This document shows positions 9,537-18,866 of a stretch of 33,299 bases of DNA, piece by piece. The position numbers and the translations under genes were made by a program. Source of the stretch: Methylomonas sp. GTDB taxonomy: Bacteria > Pseudomonadota > Gammaproteobacteria > Methylococcales > Methylomonadaceae. Under the pieces are notes generated by a model that made no database searches, had not been told where the DNA came from, and worked only from the letters and a program-made list of their open reading frames with translations. Location: positions 1 through 33,299 of the forward strand of contig JAQTYP010000001.1 in the NCBI GenBank assembly GCA_028688235.1, given 5' to 3'. Positions within the stretch are counted from its first letter, which is position 1, and every line of letters starts with the position of its first letter.

Positions 9537-10307
9537 CTAACGGTAACGCGATTTTGGTGGCGCAATCAAAAACATCGCGACGAAGCCGAGGAAGCTGAGC
9601 AGAGTTAGCCAGTTGAACAATTTGGATAGCCTGCGCAGCCCAGGATTGGCTTTTTTGACGATGTCGAAAGCATCGACATATATCGTCTCACAGGCGCCTT
9701 GCCCGGTGTCGTTACGGGTCGTGCTGGTGCCGCGTGTCCCCCCGGTGCTACGGTTTGTATATGCCGCCAACACACCGCTAATATGAATCAGGTCACCTGT
9801 TTCGGCCTGCATCAGGGCCGCTTTGACGGCGTCGTTATCGGTGACCAAGTGGTTGTTGGATAGCTCCGTCATGGTAAAACGCCGGCCGGTCTCCTGATCC
9901 GGCCAATACGCCCAGCATGTCCAGCTATCGCTGTTGAATTTCATGTCTTTATACACGCCGGATTCGACGTTCTTACCCCAAATCACGCACAGGTCGCGCA
10001 CGTTGATGAAGTCCTGCCAACGCTTGTGATGCCAGATATTGGTGAAGCCATCGGCATTACTGTAACTGACGACGACGCCGTACAAGTCGTAGTCGAATTT
10101 GGGCGCTATGCCGTAGCGCAACTGCTTGGCTTCGATATCGAAAGGCTCCCTGTCTGTTTTAGTTTGTAGCGGCGCTTCGAGTAAGCTCAGGTCGTAATAA
10201 TCGGGTCGAGGCCAGGCGTCTTTATAAACATGGACGACACCGGCGATGCAGGCGCTCAATATGAATAGATATTTGAATAAGCCTTCTAGCAGGGAACTGG
10301 CAGTCAT
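9537..10307 (-). CDS. Hypothetical membrane protein (N- and C-terminal hydrophobic segments)
   Basis: 256-aa ORF with GAGG RBS. Soluble middle domain containing DLCVIWG, WTCW, SNNHL and GACE. Confidence 0.75.
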   Translation of the reverse strand: MTASSLLEGLFKYLFILSACIAGVVHVYKDAWPRPDYYDLSLLEAPLQTKTDREPFDIEAKQLRYGIAPKFDYDLYGVVVSYSNADGFTNIWHHKRWQDFINVRDLCVIWGKNVESGVYKDMKFNSDSWTCWAYWPDQETGRRFTMTELSNNHLVTDNDAVKAALMQAETGDLIHISGVLAAYTNRSTGGTRGTSTTRNDTGQGACETIYVDAFDIVKKANPGLRRLSKLFNWLTLLSFLGFVAMFLIAPPKSRYR

Positions 10308-10497
10308 AGGCTGACCTCGTTTTTTATGCTCAGGATGGGGTGGAAATCATTGTCTTGCTTCATTGTGGCTTGCCGGGTGCTTGGGTCGGTAACAAGCCTT
10401 GGTCATCTTTCCGTTTCGAAAATAATAACAGCCTCGGTTCGAATTGCATCCGAAGCAAGTCTGGTTTTGAATTCGCCAATCGACTTCATCGTGTAGA

Positions 10498-12816
10498 ATG
10501 CTGGACAGTCTCGCTGTAAAGCCCCATTCGTTTCCTCACAAACTATTAAAACCTAAGTTTCGCCAAATGGAAAAACCGGAAAAACCTTCGGTGTTGAGCT
10601 GTTCGATCGAGTTGCCCGAGATCGCGTACAGTACTTTGTCCAGCGAGGAGCAGGAGAAAATTCTGCACTTGCAGCAGGCCGTACTGGAGTCCATGGTGCA
10701 TGGCGGCGATCATAGGGAAGTGATCGATCAGGTCTGTTTGTTGGAGGAACAGTTGCTGCCGAACTCGATTGCCTCTGTCATGTTGATGGATGAGGCTTAC
10801 GAATTTTTAAATGTCTATGCGGCGCCCAGCGTGCCGGCTGAAGGCATTGCGCAATTGAACGGCTTGCGGCCGGGGCCCGGTGGTGGATCATGCGGCAACG
10901 TGATCTATCAACAGAAACCGCAATTCGTCAGTAACACCTTCACCGATCCGCGTTGGCAGGATTTGCGGCAACTGGCCTACAACTTCAATCTGTGTGCGTG
11001 CTGGTCTTTGCCTATTTATTCAGCGCAACGCAAGGTCGTCGGCACCTTCGCGCTGTCCAGCTTCGAACATCGCTCGCCTAGCCCCTTTCATCGCAAACTG
11101 CTGGAAATTGGTGCTTCCATCATCGGTATCGTGCTGGAACGCACTCGATCGCTGGAATCGTTACGGCTGTTTCAGAAGGTGTTCGAGGGTAGCCAGGAAG
11201 GCATTATGATCACCGATACCAATAAGGTGATATTGTCGGTGAATCCCGGTTTTACCAAGATACTGGGCTATACCGAGGACGAGTTGATAGGTCAGACACC
11301 GATTAAATTCGCTTCCGGCTACCATGGACGTCGGTTCTATGAGGGGATGTGGCATAGCATCGACACTTTCGGCCATTGGCACGGTGAGATTTGGAACCGC
11401 CGCAAAAATGGCGAAATCTTTCCGGAATGGTTGGCTATTTCCGAGGTTAAAGACGCCAGAGGCGAGACGACGCATTACATCGGAATTTTCAGCGATATCA
11501 GCGAGCGTAAAGATGCCGAAGAACAAATTCGCTATCTGTCTTCGCACGATGTGCTGACGGGATTGCCCAATCGCATGCTGTTCGAAGACAGGTTGAATAA
11601 TGCGATTTCGTTCGCGGAGAGAAACCATAGCAAGGTCGCATTGTTGAATCTCGACCTCGACCATTTCAAGATGCTGAACGAATCCTTGGGGCATGCCGCC
11701 GGCGATGCCCTATTGCTTAGGTTGACCAGCCGTTTGAAGCAGTGTGTGCGGGAGATCGATACGCTGTGCCGGTCCGGCGGTGACGAATTTTTCATCGCGC
11801 TGGCCCATCTCGAAGATACCGACGCTATCAGCGCCATCGTCGATCAGATACTCGAACAGATCACCGAGCCCTTTTCGCTCGAAGGCCGCAGCTTATCTTT
11901 GTCCTGTTCCATCGGTATCGCCGTCTATCCGGACGACGGCGACGACTTCGACATCTTGATGAAGCGCGCGGACAAGGCCATGTATCAGGCCAAGGATTCC
12001 GGCCGCAATACCTATCGCTATTTTACCGAGCAACTCAATAGCGACAGCGTCGAATATATGCACATCACGCATGAACTGCGCGAGGCGATCAAGAACAATC
12101 AATTCATACTCCACTATCAACCGCAGATCGATTTGACAACCGGTGGAGTGCTCGGCGTCGAAGCCTTGGTGCGCTGGGATCATCCGGTGGAAGGCTTGAT
12201 GCCGCCCGGTCGTTTCATCGGTATAGCCGAGCAAAACGGCTTGATCGTCGACATCGGCCAATGGGTGCTGCACGAGGCTTGTCGGCAGGCGGTAGCCTGG
12301 GAAAGAGCCGGATTGCCGCCTATGGTCGTGGCCGTCAACGTGTCGGCGGTTCAATTCAGGCGCGGCAATTTCGAACAGGTGTTGCGCAGTGCCTTGGATG
12401 GCAGCGGGTTGGCGCCGCGGAATCTCGAAATCGAATTGACCGAGTCTACGCTCTTTCACGACATGGATTACATGCTGACCTTGCTGAATGATTTGAAAGG
12501 GCTGGGGGTCAAATTGGCGATCGACGATTTCGGTACCGGTTATTCCAGTTTGGCTTATTTGAAAAAGTTCAAGATCGACAGGCTGAAAATAGACCGCTCT
12601 TTCGTGCGCGATATCGCCAGCGACCCTAACGATGCCGCCATCGTTAGGGCTATCGTGCAAATGGCTCACACGCTCAATCTGCGGGTGATCGCAGAAGGCG
12701 TAGAAGACCGTAACATGCTGGAATATTTACGCAGTTGTCACTGCGACGAGGTTCAAGGCTATTACCTGGCCAAGCCGATGTCGGCGGCGGAGATAGCCGA
12801 ATTCATCGCCAAATGA
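10498..12816 (+). CDS. GAF-PAS-GGDEF-EAL diguanylate cyclase/phosphodiesterase
   Basis: GAF (GSCG...CWSLPI...GTFA), PAS (WHGEIWNRRKNGE), GGDEF with RxxD I-site (REIDTLCRSGGDEF), EAL (EALVRW, DDFGTGYSSL, AEGVE, QGY). Start could be ATG 10567. Confidence 0.95.
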   Translation: MLDSLAVKPHSFPHKLLKPKFRQMEKPEKPSVLSCSIELPEIAYSTLSSEEQEKILHLQQAVLESMVHGGDHREVIDQVCLLEEQLLPNSIASVMLMDEAYEFLNVYAAPSVPAEGIAQLNGLRPGPGGGSCGNVIYQQKPQFVSNTFTDPRWQDLRQLAYNFNLCACWSLPIYSAQRKVVGTFALSSFEHRSPSPFHRKLLEIGASIIGIVLERTRSLESLRLFQKVFEGSQEGIMITDTNKVILSVNPGFTKILGYTEDELIGQTPIKFASGYHGRRFYEGMWHSIDTFGHWHGEIWNRRKNGEIFPEWLAISEVKDARGETTHYIGIFSDISERKDAEEQIRYLSSHDVLTGLPNRMLFEDRLNNAISFAERNHSKVALLNLDLDHFKMLNESLGHAAGDALLLRLTSRLKQCVREIDTLCRSGGDEFFIALAHLEDTDAISAIVDQILEQITEPFSLEGRSLSLSCSIGIAVYPDDGDDFDILMKRADKAMYQAKDSGRNTYRYFTEQLNSDSVEYMHITHELREAIKNNQFILHYQPQIDLTTGGVLGVEALVRWDHPVEGLMPPGRFIGIAEQNGLIVDIGQWVLHEACRQAVAWERAGLPPMVVAVNVSAVQFRRGNFEQVLRSALDGSGLAPRNLEIELTESTLFHDMDYMLTLLNDLKGLGVKLAIDDFGTGYSSLAYLKKFKIDRLKIDRSFVRDIASDPNDAAIVRAIVQMAHTLNLRVIAEGVEDRNMLEYLRSCHCDEVQGYYLAKPMSAAEIAEFIAK

Positions 12817-12879
12817 ATGCATACTTGGTGCGGCGGCTCTGTACCATTGCGCTTCGCTCGACAGTGCTCGATTAATCTG

Positions 12880-12920
12880 GAAAAATCATTTCGCGCTTCT
12901 CGGGGGCGAAATGATTTTTC
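12880..12920. terminator. Strong hairpin downstream of the EAL gene
   Basis: GAAAAATCATTTCGC...GCGAAATGATTTTTC, a 15-bp perfect stem. Confidence 0.6.
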
Positions 12921-12949
12921 GAGGATTAAGGGGCTCGCTACAAATAACT

Positions 12950-13027
12950 TCCCCCTTTGAAAAAGGGGGATAGAGGGGGATTTATTAAAAAATCTCCCCC
13001 AGCCCCTCTTTTTCAAAGAGGGGGGGA
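12950..13027. repeat. Palindromic intergenic repeat (CCCCCTTTGAAAAAGGGGG type)
   Basis: Two imperfect inverted units, each with its own hairpin, separated by an AT spacer. Confidence 0.7.
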
Positions 13028-13146
13028 TAATCGTACGATTCGGCACAATCCGAATTCCGGAAAGTTATTTTTGACGGAATCCTAAGCGGGATGTCGTGTT
13101 ACTTTTTTCAGGGTGAGGTGGATTCTTTCATCGAGGTGTGGCATTG

Positions 13147-14853
13147 ATGATTCGGCAACTATCGCGGCGCGGGTTAAAGTTGGTTTTGCTGCTGGCCGTA
13201 GCGGCTTGTTCACTGGCCCGGGCCGGCGAGTACCATTTGGCCGTCGGCGAAAAAGGCGTCGCGTTGATCGGGTCGCCGCAGCGTGCCATCGTCGCCAACG
13301 ATGATTTGCCGGCGCCGACGCTGCATTGGTGGGAAGGCGAGGACGTCGTACTGCATGTGAGCAATCATCTGCGGGAGCAGACCTCGATACACTGGCACGG
13401 CATCGTACTGCCTTACGACATGGACGGAGTGCCGGGCATCAGTTTCGACGGCATAGCCCCCGGCCAAACCTTCACCTACCGCTTTCCGGTCAAACAAAGC
13501 GGTACCTATTGGTATCACGGTCATTCCGGCATGCAGGAACAACAGGGCTTGTTCGGTGCCATCGTCATCGACACCGCCGATCATAGCCATCCTGCAGCCG
13601 ATCGAGATTATGTGGTGATGCTGTCCGATTGGCCGGAGGCCGATCCGCACCGTACACTGGCCCGGCTGAAGAAGCAAAGCGATTATTACAACTACCAAAA
13701 ACGTACTGTCGGCGACTTTTTTGCCGACATCGGCCGGCTGGGCTTTTGGGAAGCCGTGGCCGACCGGCTGGCCTGGGGCGAGATGCGGATGGAACCGACA
13801 GACCTCGCCGACGTCACCGGCGCGACCTATCATTTTTTGATCAACGGCCAAACGCCGGCCATGCACAAGACCTTTGCGTTCCGTGCCGGCGAAACGATAC
13901 GCTTGCGCATCATTAACGCCGCGGCCATGACCCATTTCGACGTACGCCTGCCGGGCCTGAAGATGCGAGTCATCGCCGCCGACGGTCAGCCGGTCGAACC
14001 GGTCGATGTCGAGGAGTTTCGCATCGCGGTGGCGGAAACCTACGACGTATTGGTTCAGCCGCAAAACGAGCAGGCTTATGCGATTTTCGCAGAGGCAATG
14101 GATCGTAGCGGTTATGCCCATGCCAGCCTGACGCCGCGGGCAGACTGGCTGGCCGCCGTGCCGCCGGTGCAGCCCATGACCCTGCTGACGCTGGCCGATA
14201 TGGGTGGCGTCCATGGCGGGCACGGCAAGCATGCCGCCGAGGATGACCCCGCTGGCGGGGATCAGGGCCATCAACCGTCTGCCGAGCCGGCTCGCGATCT
14301 GCATGCTGGCCATGGGCCTAACGCCGCCGAATCCACGGCCAACGACGATCATCACGCCCATGCCGGCCATTCGATGCAGCAAGCCGAGGACGCCGAGCCG
14401 GCGCAGATAGAATCGCACGCTCAATTGAGCTACGGCTTGCTGCAAGCCGTAGAGCCCAATCACGGCCTGATGGGGCCGCCGAATAGGGAAATCACGCTAC
14501 GCTTGACCGGCAATATGAACCGCTATATCTGGTCGTTCGACGACATCAAATATTCCGCTGCCGAGCCCATACGGGTCAAATTCGGCGAGCGCATCCGCTT
14601 TCATTACGTCAACGAAACCATGATGAACCATCCGATTCATATTCATGGGCTTTGGCAATATCCGGACAACGGCAAGGGCATGTACAACCCAAAGAAGCAC
14701 GTCGTCAACGTCAAGCCCGGCCAGACCGTCAGCGTCGATGTGCCGGCCGATGCCGAGGGGGCATGGGCCTTCCATTGTCATCTGCTGTATCATATGGATA
14801 CCGGCATGTTCCGCAAGCTGATCGTCGAAAAGCCGGAGCATAGGCATGAATAA
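13147..14853 (+). CDS. copA: Copper-resistance multicopper oxidase (CopA/PcoA family)
   Basis: HWHG, YWYHGH, HPIHIHG, HCHLLYHMDTGM. Twin-Arg-like leader SRRGLK. ATG 13147 lies 8 nt after GAGGTG; the GTG at 13138 is an alternative start. Confidence 0.95.
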   Translation: MIRQLSRRGLKLVLLLAVAACSLARAGEYHLAVGEKGVALIGSPQRAIVANDDLPAPTLHWWEGEDVVLHVSNHLREQTSIHWHGIVLPYDMDGVPGISFDGIAPGQTFTYRFPVKQSGTYWYHGHSGMQEQQGLFGAIVIDTADHSHPAADRDYVVMLSDWPEADPHRTLARLKKQSDYYNYQKRTVGDFFADIGRLGFWEAVADRLAWGEMRMEPTDLADVTGATYHFLINGQTPAMHKTFAFRAGETIRLRIINAAAMTHFDVRLPGLKMRVIAADGQPVEPVDVEEFRIAVAETYDVLVQPQNEQAYAIFAEAMDRSGYAHASLTPRADWLAAVPPVQPMTLLTLADMGGVHGGHGKHAAEDDPAGGDQGHQPSAEPARDLHAGHGPNAAESTANDDHHAHAGHSMQQAEDAEPAQIESHAQLSYGLLQAVEPNHGLMGPPNREITLRLTGNMNRYIWSFDDIKYSAAEPIRVKFGERIRFHYVNETMMNHPIHIHGLWQYPDNGKGMYNPKKHVVNVKPGQTVSVDVPADAEGAWAFHCHLLYHMDTGMFRKLIVEKPEHRHE

Positions 14854-15520
14854 CCTCGCAGCGTTTTTTTGGCTGGCGCTGTTTTGCGGCCGGGTCGTGG
14901 CTCAGGACGACGAAGGGGTGTTCAGCCATTTCAAGGCCGAACGCCTGGAATACGAAGGCAACGGCGATTTGCACCTGTTCAAATGGGACGTGCAGCATTG
15001 GGTCGGCAACGACGACCATAAACTCTGGCTCAAAAGCGAAGGCGATTATTCCGCCGACCAGGACATCTTCGGCCGCGCCGATTTGCAGCTGCTCTACAGT
15101 CGCAATGTCGATACCTTTTGGGATTTTCAGATCGGCGCCAGGCGGGCCTTCGAGCCCGAACGGACCTTCGACGCCGTGATCGGCTTTCAGGGCCTGGCGC
15201 CGTATTTCGTCGAGGTCGATAGTGCGATGTTCATCACCGAAACCGGCAACGTATTGGGACGCTTGAGTTTGGGCTACGAAATGTTGCTGACCCAACGCTT
15301 GATTCTGGCCCCGCGCTTCGAGCTCAACGTCTCCGCCGAAGACTTGCAAAACCGCGGCGTCAAGGCCGGCATCACCGAAATGGAGATCGGCATGCGCCTG
15401 CGTTACGAAATCGAGCGCGAATTCGCTCCCTATATCGGCTTGGACTACGTCGAAGAGGAATCCCTGCGCGAACACCACCACAGCCTGCGCGGCGTGGTCG
15501 GTGTCCGGGCGTGGTATTGA
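14846..15520 (+). CDS. copB: Copper-resistance outer-membrane protein B (CopB/PcoB)
   Basis: WVGNDDHKLWLKSEG, FQGLAPYFVEVD, LRYEIEREFAPYIG, C-terminal GVRAWY. Overlaps the copA stop. Confidence 0.92.
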   Translation: MNNLAAFFWLALFCGRVVAQDDEGVFSHFKAERLEYEGNGDLHLFKWDVQHWVGNDDHKLWLKSEGDYSADQDIFGRADLQLLYSRNVDTFWDFQIGARRAFEPERTFDAVIGFQGLAPYFVEVDSAMFITETGNVLGRLSLGYEMLLTQRLILAPRFELNVSAEDLQNRGVKAGITEMEIGMRLRYEIEREFAPYIGLDYVEEESLREHHHSLRGVVGVRAWY

Positions 15521-15526
15521 TCGGGC

Positions 15527-17737
15527 TTAGGGTTCGATCAGCTCGGCGAAGGGTAGTAGCGGATCATTCGCTCCATCCGCGCCGACCGCCGGCAGTAACA
15601 GATAGTCGTCCTTGGACAAACTGGCGTTCAGCGGATGGCCGCCGACAGTCTGGCTTTCGTCGCCGACGTGGCCGTGCGGAATCTTCAACGCCGGGTGATC
15701 GAACGGAGCGCGTTGATAGCGCACCCTGTCATCGGTCAAGGTTTTCAGGAAGGCGACCAGATCGGCACGGTTTTGCGCGTCGAACTGCAAATTGGGTTGC
15801 AGGAATACCCGGGTCACATGCTTGCCGTCGAGGTTGAAGTTGCCGCCGCGGCTGTAAAACTCGACCACTTGCTCCAGGGTTGCCATGCCGCCGTTGTGCA
15901 TATAGGGTCCGGTCAGCTCGATGTTACGCAATGAAGGCGTTTTAAAAGTGGCCGTTACCGCCGCCACCATCCTGCGATTGATCGGTTTGGACAGCTCCTT
16001 TTTCGCCGCCGCCGGCGACGGTATGAAGGCATTCGTCGAAGGCAGGAAGCAATTTGCTGTCGATTGCGGTTGCGGCAGCAAGCCGTCGACCCGCGTAAAC
16101 AGGTTGGGTAAGGCATAGGGTAGCTTCAGATTGCTTGCCAGTGCCGTCTGAAAGTCGCAGGCGCGCACCGCGTTGACGTCTCTATCCAGAACGGCATCGG
16201 TATTGCCTGCCAGCAACTGTAAATATTGACTGCTGAAGGAAAGAGGCTGGCCGAAATCGTCGACCCCGCCGGCACCGATGTCGTTTGCCTCGCGCGCGGC
16301 GCCGTTGGAGGAAAAGCCGGTATCGTAAAACGCCGTGACCGGTAAGTTGCCAACCATCAGCGGTATGCGGTTGACTACGTTTGGACTGGCGCTGATCTTA
16401 AAAGTCGGTTCGCCGAAGGCTTCGGGATGCATTTGGGCGATCGCGGCATTGGCGGCGATCGACGCCGAACTGAAATTGGGCCCCAAATGGCACAACGCAC
16501 ATTGGTTTTTTCTAAACTGTTCCAGGCCGTTCAATTCGGCCGCGCTCAGATCTATCGGCTGGTGGTTGGCGTCGCGGGCGCTGTTGTCGAAGGGCGATTC
16601 GTCGGAGATCAAGGTGCTCTCGTATAACTGAATAGCCAGCGCGAAGAACATAGGGAAGTTGGCTTCCAGTTGGGTATAAGCGCTTTGACCGGTCGGCGGA
16701 GCTAGGGGCACCGTCCCTGAATACGACCAATATTTGGCATTGTAGGCTTTACGAATCAGGCCGGCGTAGGTGGTATTCAGACCCGGTTGCAGCTTCTCGG
16801 CATCACTGTTGGCATAGACCCCCAAGGCACTGTCGAGGTAATGCACTTGCTGGTTTTGCAGCGGTTGACGGAGCAGCAATTTCCGACCCAGATCTAGCAT
16901 AGAGCGCTTGTTGCAGCCCATTTCGGTGTGGTTGGTTGGTGGTGCCACCGCCAAGGAAGCCAGCGACGAGTTGATCAGGCGCAGGCGTTGCTTTTCCAGG
17001 CTTGCCGCGCCGGTTTTGACCCAGACGCCGGCGTCGGGGTCGCGGTCGCCCCAGGGGCTAGAGCCGTTGAATACGTTGTTGGCGCGGCCGTCCCAAAAGC
17101 TGCGATGATTGAACACCGCGTTGATCACGGTCGGCGCGTTGCGCGGCGTCACGCGCCGGGTGCCGTTCTGGCCGACGCGGAACACGGGGTCCGCGTTGCG
17201 GTTGCAACTGTCGATGCCGTTGCTGAAACGGGTGACGGCCTTGAAGTCGCCGCCAAAGGTGCCGGCCGAACCGACCACGTTGTCGGTATCGAAAATCAAC
17301 TCCGAATCGGCCAGAGGGTCCAAACGTTGATGCAGAGGAAAGTCGTTTGCGCGTAGCAATCGGTTCGGCCCCAAGGGTAAGGCGTCGGTGGCGTCAGTAA
17401 AGTTTTGCTCTGAGTCTGGCGTGGATTGCCCGCCCGGAGATACCTGATTTTTACTGCGACCGTCGGCGCCGGCGTGAAAGTGGCACGACGCGCATGCCAT
17501 GCCGTCGCTACCGACATTACTGTCCCAGAACAAGGCCTTGCCTAGCGCGATGGCCGCCTGTCTGTCGACGACGATAGGATTGGCTCCATCCAGCAGGCCC
17601 GGAACGGGTGGTACCGGCAGATGTTTCAGGCTGATAGGCATCGGACCCAGAGGCAATTCGGCGGCAAATGCCGGCGATGAGCATGCTACTGTGGCGGCAA
17701 TCAGGAGCGAAAAACGTAAGGTGCGGAATTTACCCAT
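15527..17737 (-). CDS. Large secreted di-heme cytochrome c peroxidase/MauG-family protein (SACCP/CorB-like), paralog 1
   Basis: Signal peptide, two CxxCH motifs (CASCH, CALCH), LGKALFWD, RNAPTVINA...FWDGRA, FKTPSLRNIELTGPYMHNG. 736 aa. Confidence 0.9.
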   Translation of the reverse strand: MGKFRTLRFSLLIAATVACSSPAFAAELPLGPMPISLKHLPVPPVPGLLDGANPIVVDRQAAIALGKALFWDSNVGSDGMACASCHFHAGADGRSKNQVSPGGQSTPDSEQNFTDATDALPLGPNRLLRANDFPLHQRLDPLADSELIFDTDNVVGSAGTFGGDFKAVTRFSNGIDSCNRNADPVFRVGQNGTRRVTPRNAPTVINAVFNHRSFWDGRANNVFNGSSPWGDRDPDAGVWVKTGAASLEKQRLRLINSSLASLAVAPPTNHTEMGCNKRSMLDLGRKLLLRQPLQNQQVHYLDSALGVYANSDAEKLQPGLNTTYAGLIRKAYNAKYWSYSGTVPLAPPTGQSAYTQLEANFPMFFALAIQLYESTLISDESPFDNSARDANHQPIDLSAAELNGLEQFRKNQCALCHLGPNFSSASIAANAAIAQMHPEAFGEPTFKISASPNVVNRIPLMVGNLPVTAFYDTGFSSNGAAREANDIGAGGVDDFGQPLSFSSQYLQLLAGNTDAVLDRDVNAVRACDFQTALASNLKLPYALPNLFTRVDGLLPQPQSTANCFLPSTNAFIPSPAAAKKELSKPINRRMVAAVTATFKTPSLRNIELTGPYMHNGGMATLEQVVEFYSRGGNFNLDGKHVTRVFLQPNLQFDAQNRADLVAFLKTLTDDRVRYQRAPFDHPALKIPHGHVGDESQTVGGHPLNASLSKDDYLLLPAVGADGANDPLLPFAELIEP

Positions 17738-17835
17738 GGTCTGACTCGGCGAAATAAAGCTGGAAGGAAAAGGGCGAGTACTGGCCGGCGATTACCGGGG
17801 ACTCGCCTTAAGGGATAAACGAAAGGAGAGTATCG

Positions 17836-17865
17836 AAAAACGGCTGCCTATCCCTGGCGGCCGTT
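17836..17865 (-). terminator. Terminator-like hairpin between the PEP-CTERM gene and the downstream peroxidase
   Basis: Minus strand AACGGCCGCC-agggata-GGCAGCCGTT followed by TTT. Confidence 0.6.
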
Positions 17866-17912
17866 GTCATCGCGTACGGGAATTCCCGTACATTTTCGGT
17901 GACGATTGTCGG

Positions 17913-18740
17913 TTAAGTTCGCGCTGATTTACGCTTCATGCCCAGAAAGCCGGCCAGTGCGCTGCCGAACAACCAGACCGCGCCGGGTACAGGCACGGTG
18001 GTTGGCACATAAGTCGACGCCGCGGCCGATGCGGTCACGGAAACACTGATGCTGCCGCCGGTACCGGCATTATCTGCGCCGCCGACGAACAACGCGTACC
18101 ATCCGGCCTGCAGATCGGTCAATGTCAATGTCGCATAACGCTTGGTATTGGCGAACGCCGGGTTACCGGTTACGCCGATAACACCTGTTGCTCCGGTTTC
18201 GTACAAGTCGGAGATGCTGACGTCGTGTGCGCCGGAGTCGATCACACCGCCGTAAGAATTGACGTAGTTATTGGACGAGGAGCTGACATAGCCCAAGGTT
18301 TCGACGATGCCGTCGGCTCCTGTGGCCCACATGATGCCAGGATCGCCGGCTTGGCCGACCGAGTTGAATTTATGAATTTGCCCGGTCAGTTCGGCTGGTG
18401 TGTCTACGCCGACCGTCGCACCGGAATAGGCGACGTTGGTCCGGAAGATAGAAAAAGCCGGATAGTTGCCGGCGGACGAGCGCGCGTCTATCGTTACGCT
18501 TTGCGCCGAAGTCTCCAGGTAGAAATTGGTGAATGCAGCTTGCATGCCCCAGGCATCGTAGGTTAGAGACGGGTTGCCGGTAAAACCGACTGTGCTGGAG
18601 TTGAAGGCGCCGTTGGTGATGGTGGTGCCCAATTCGACGACGTTGTCGTTGCCAACCCAGGCAGCGGCGGCTGGTTGTGCGAGCACCAGCGTCATTGCCG
18701 AAGCCAATAGCGTGGTTTTGGATAATTTATGAAATGACAT
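17913..18740 (-). CDS. VPLPA/PEP-CTERM surface protein, possibly CorA(copper-repressible)/MopE-like
   Basis: Signal peptide. C-terminal VPVPGAVWLFGSALAGFLGMKRK sorting signal. AGGAG RBS. W64-G-M66 and H123. Confidence 0.85.
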   Translation of the reverse strand: MSFHKLSKTTLLASAMTLVLAQPAAAAWVGNDNVVELGTTITNGAFNSSTVGFTGNPSLTYDAWGMQAAFTNFYLETSAQSVTIDARSSAGNYPAFSIFRTNVAYSGATVGVDTPAELTGQIHKFNSVGQAGDPGIMWATGADGIVETLGYVSSSSNNYVNSYGGVIDSGAHDVSISDLYETGATGVIGVTGNPAFANTKRYATLTLTDLQAGWYALFVGGADNAGTGGSISVSVTASAAASTYVPTTVPVPGAVWLFGSALAGFLGMKRKSART

Positions 18741-18826
18741 CGTTTAAATCTCCTAAAATCGGCGCCGCTTGGCGCCGCATTGTTCCAATGTGCGATTGAG
18801 TGAAATAGTGCGAGCATGATTAACCG

Positions 18827-18855
18827 AGAGGAGCCGTCCTGCGGTCGGCTCCTCT
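18827..18855. other. Intercistronic hairpin
   Basis: AGAGGAGCCG-N9-CGGCTCCTCT, no U-tract. Confidence 0.6.
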
Positions 18856-18866
18856 ACGGCGATGTA

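Noticed and set aside
13071-13105. CueR/MerR-type promoter upstream of copA
   Set aside because: TTGACG is present, but the best -10 gives a 23-nt spacer and the dyad is weak.
13210-14463. Long antisense ORF (417 aa) and similar shadow ORFs over nifD, nifK, the EAL gene and copB
   Set aside because: They lie opposite well-supported genes, carry no motifs, and are the expected by-product of codon bias.
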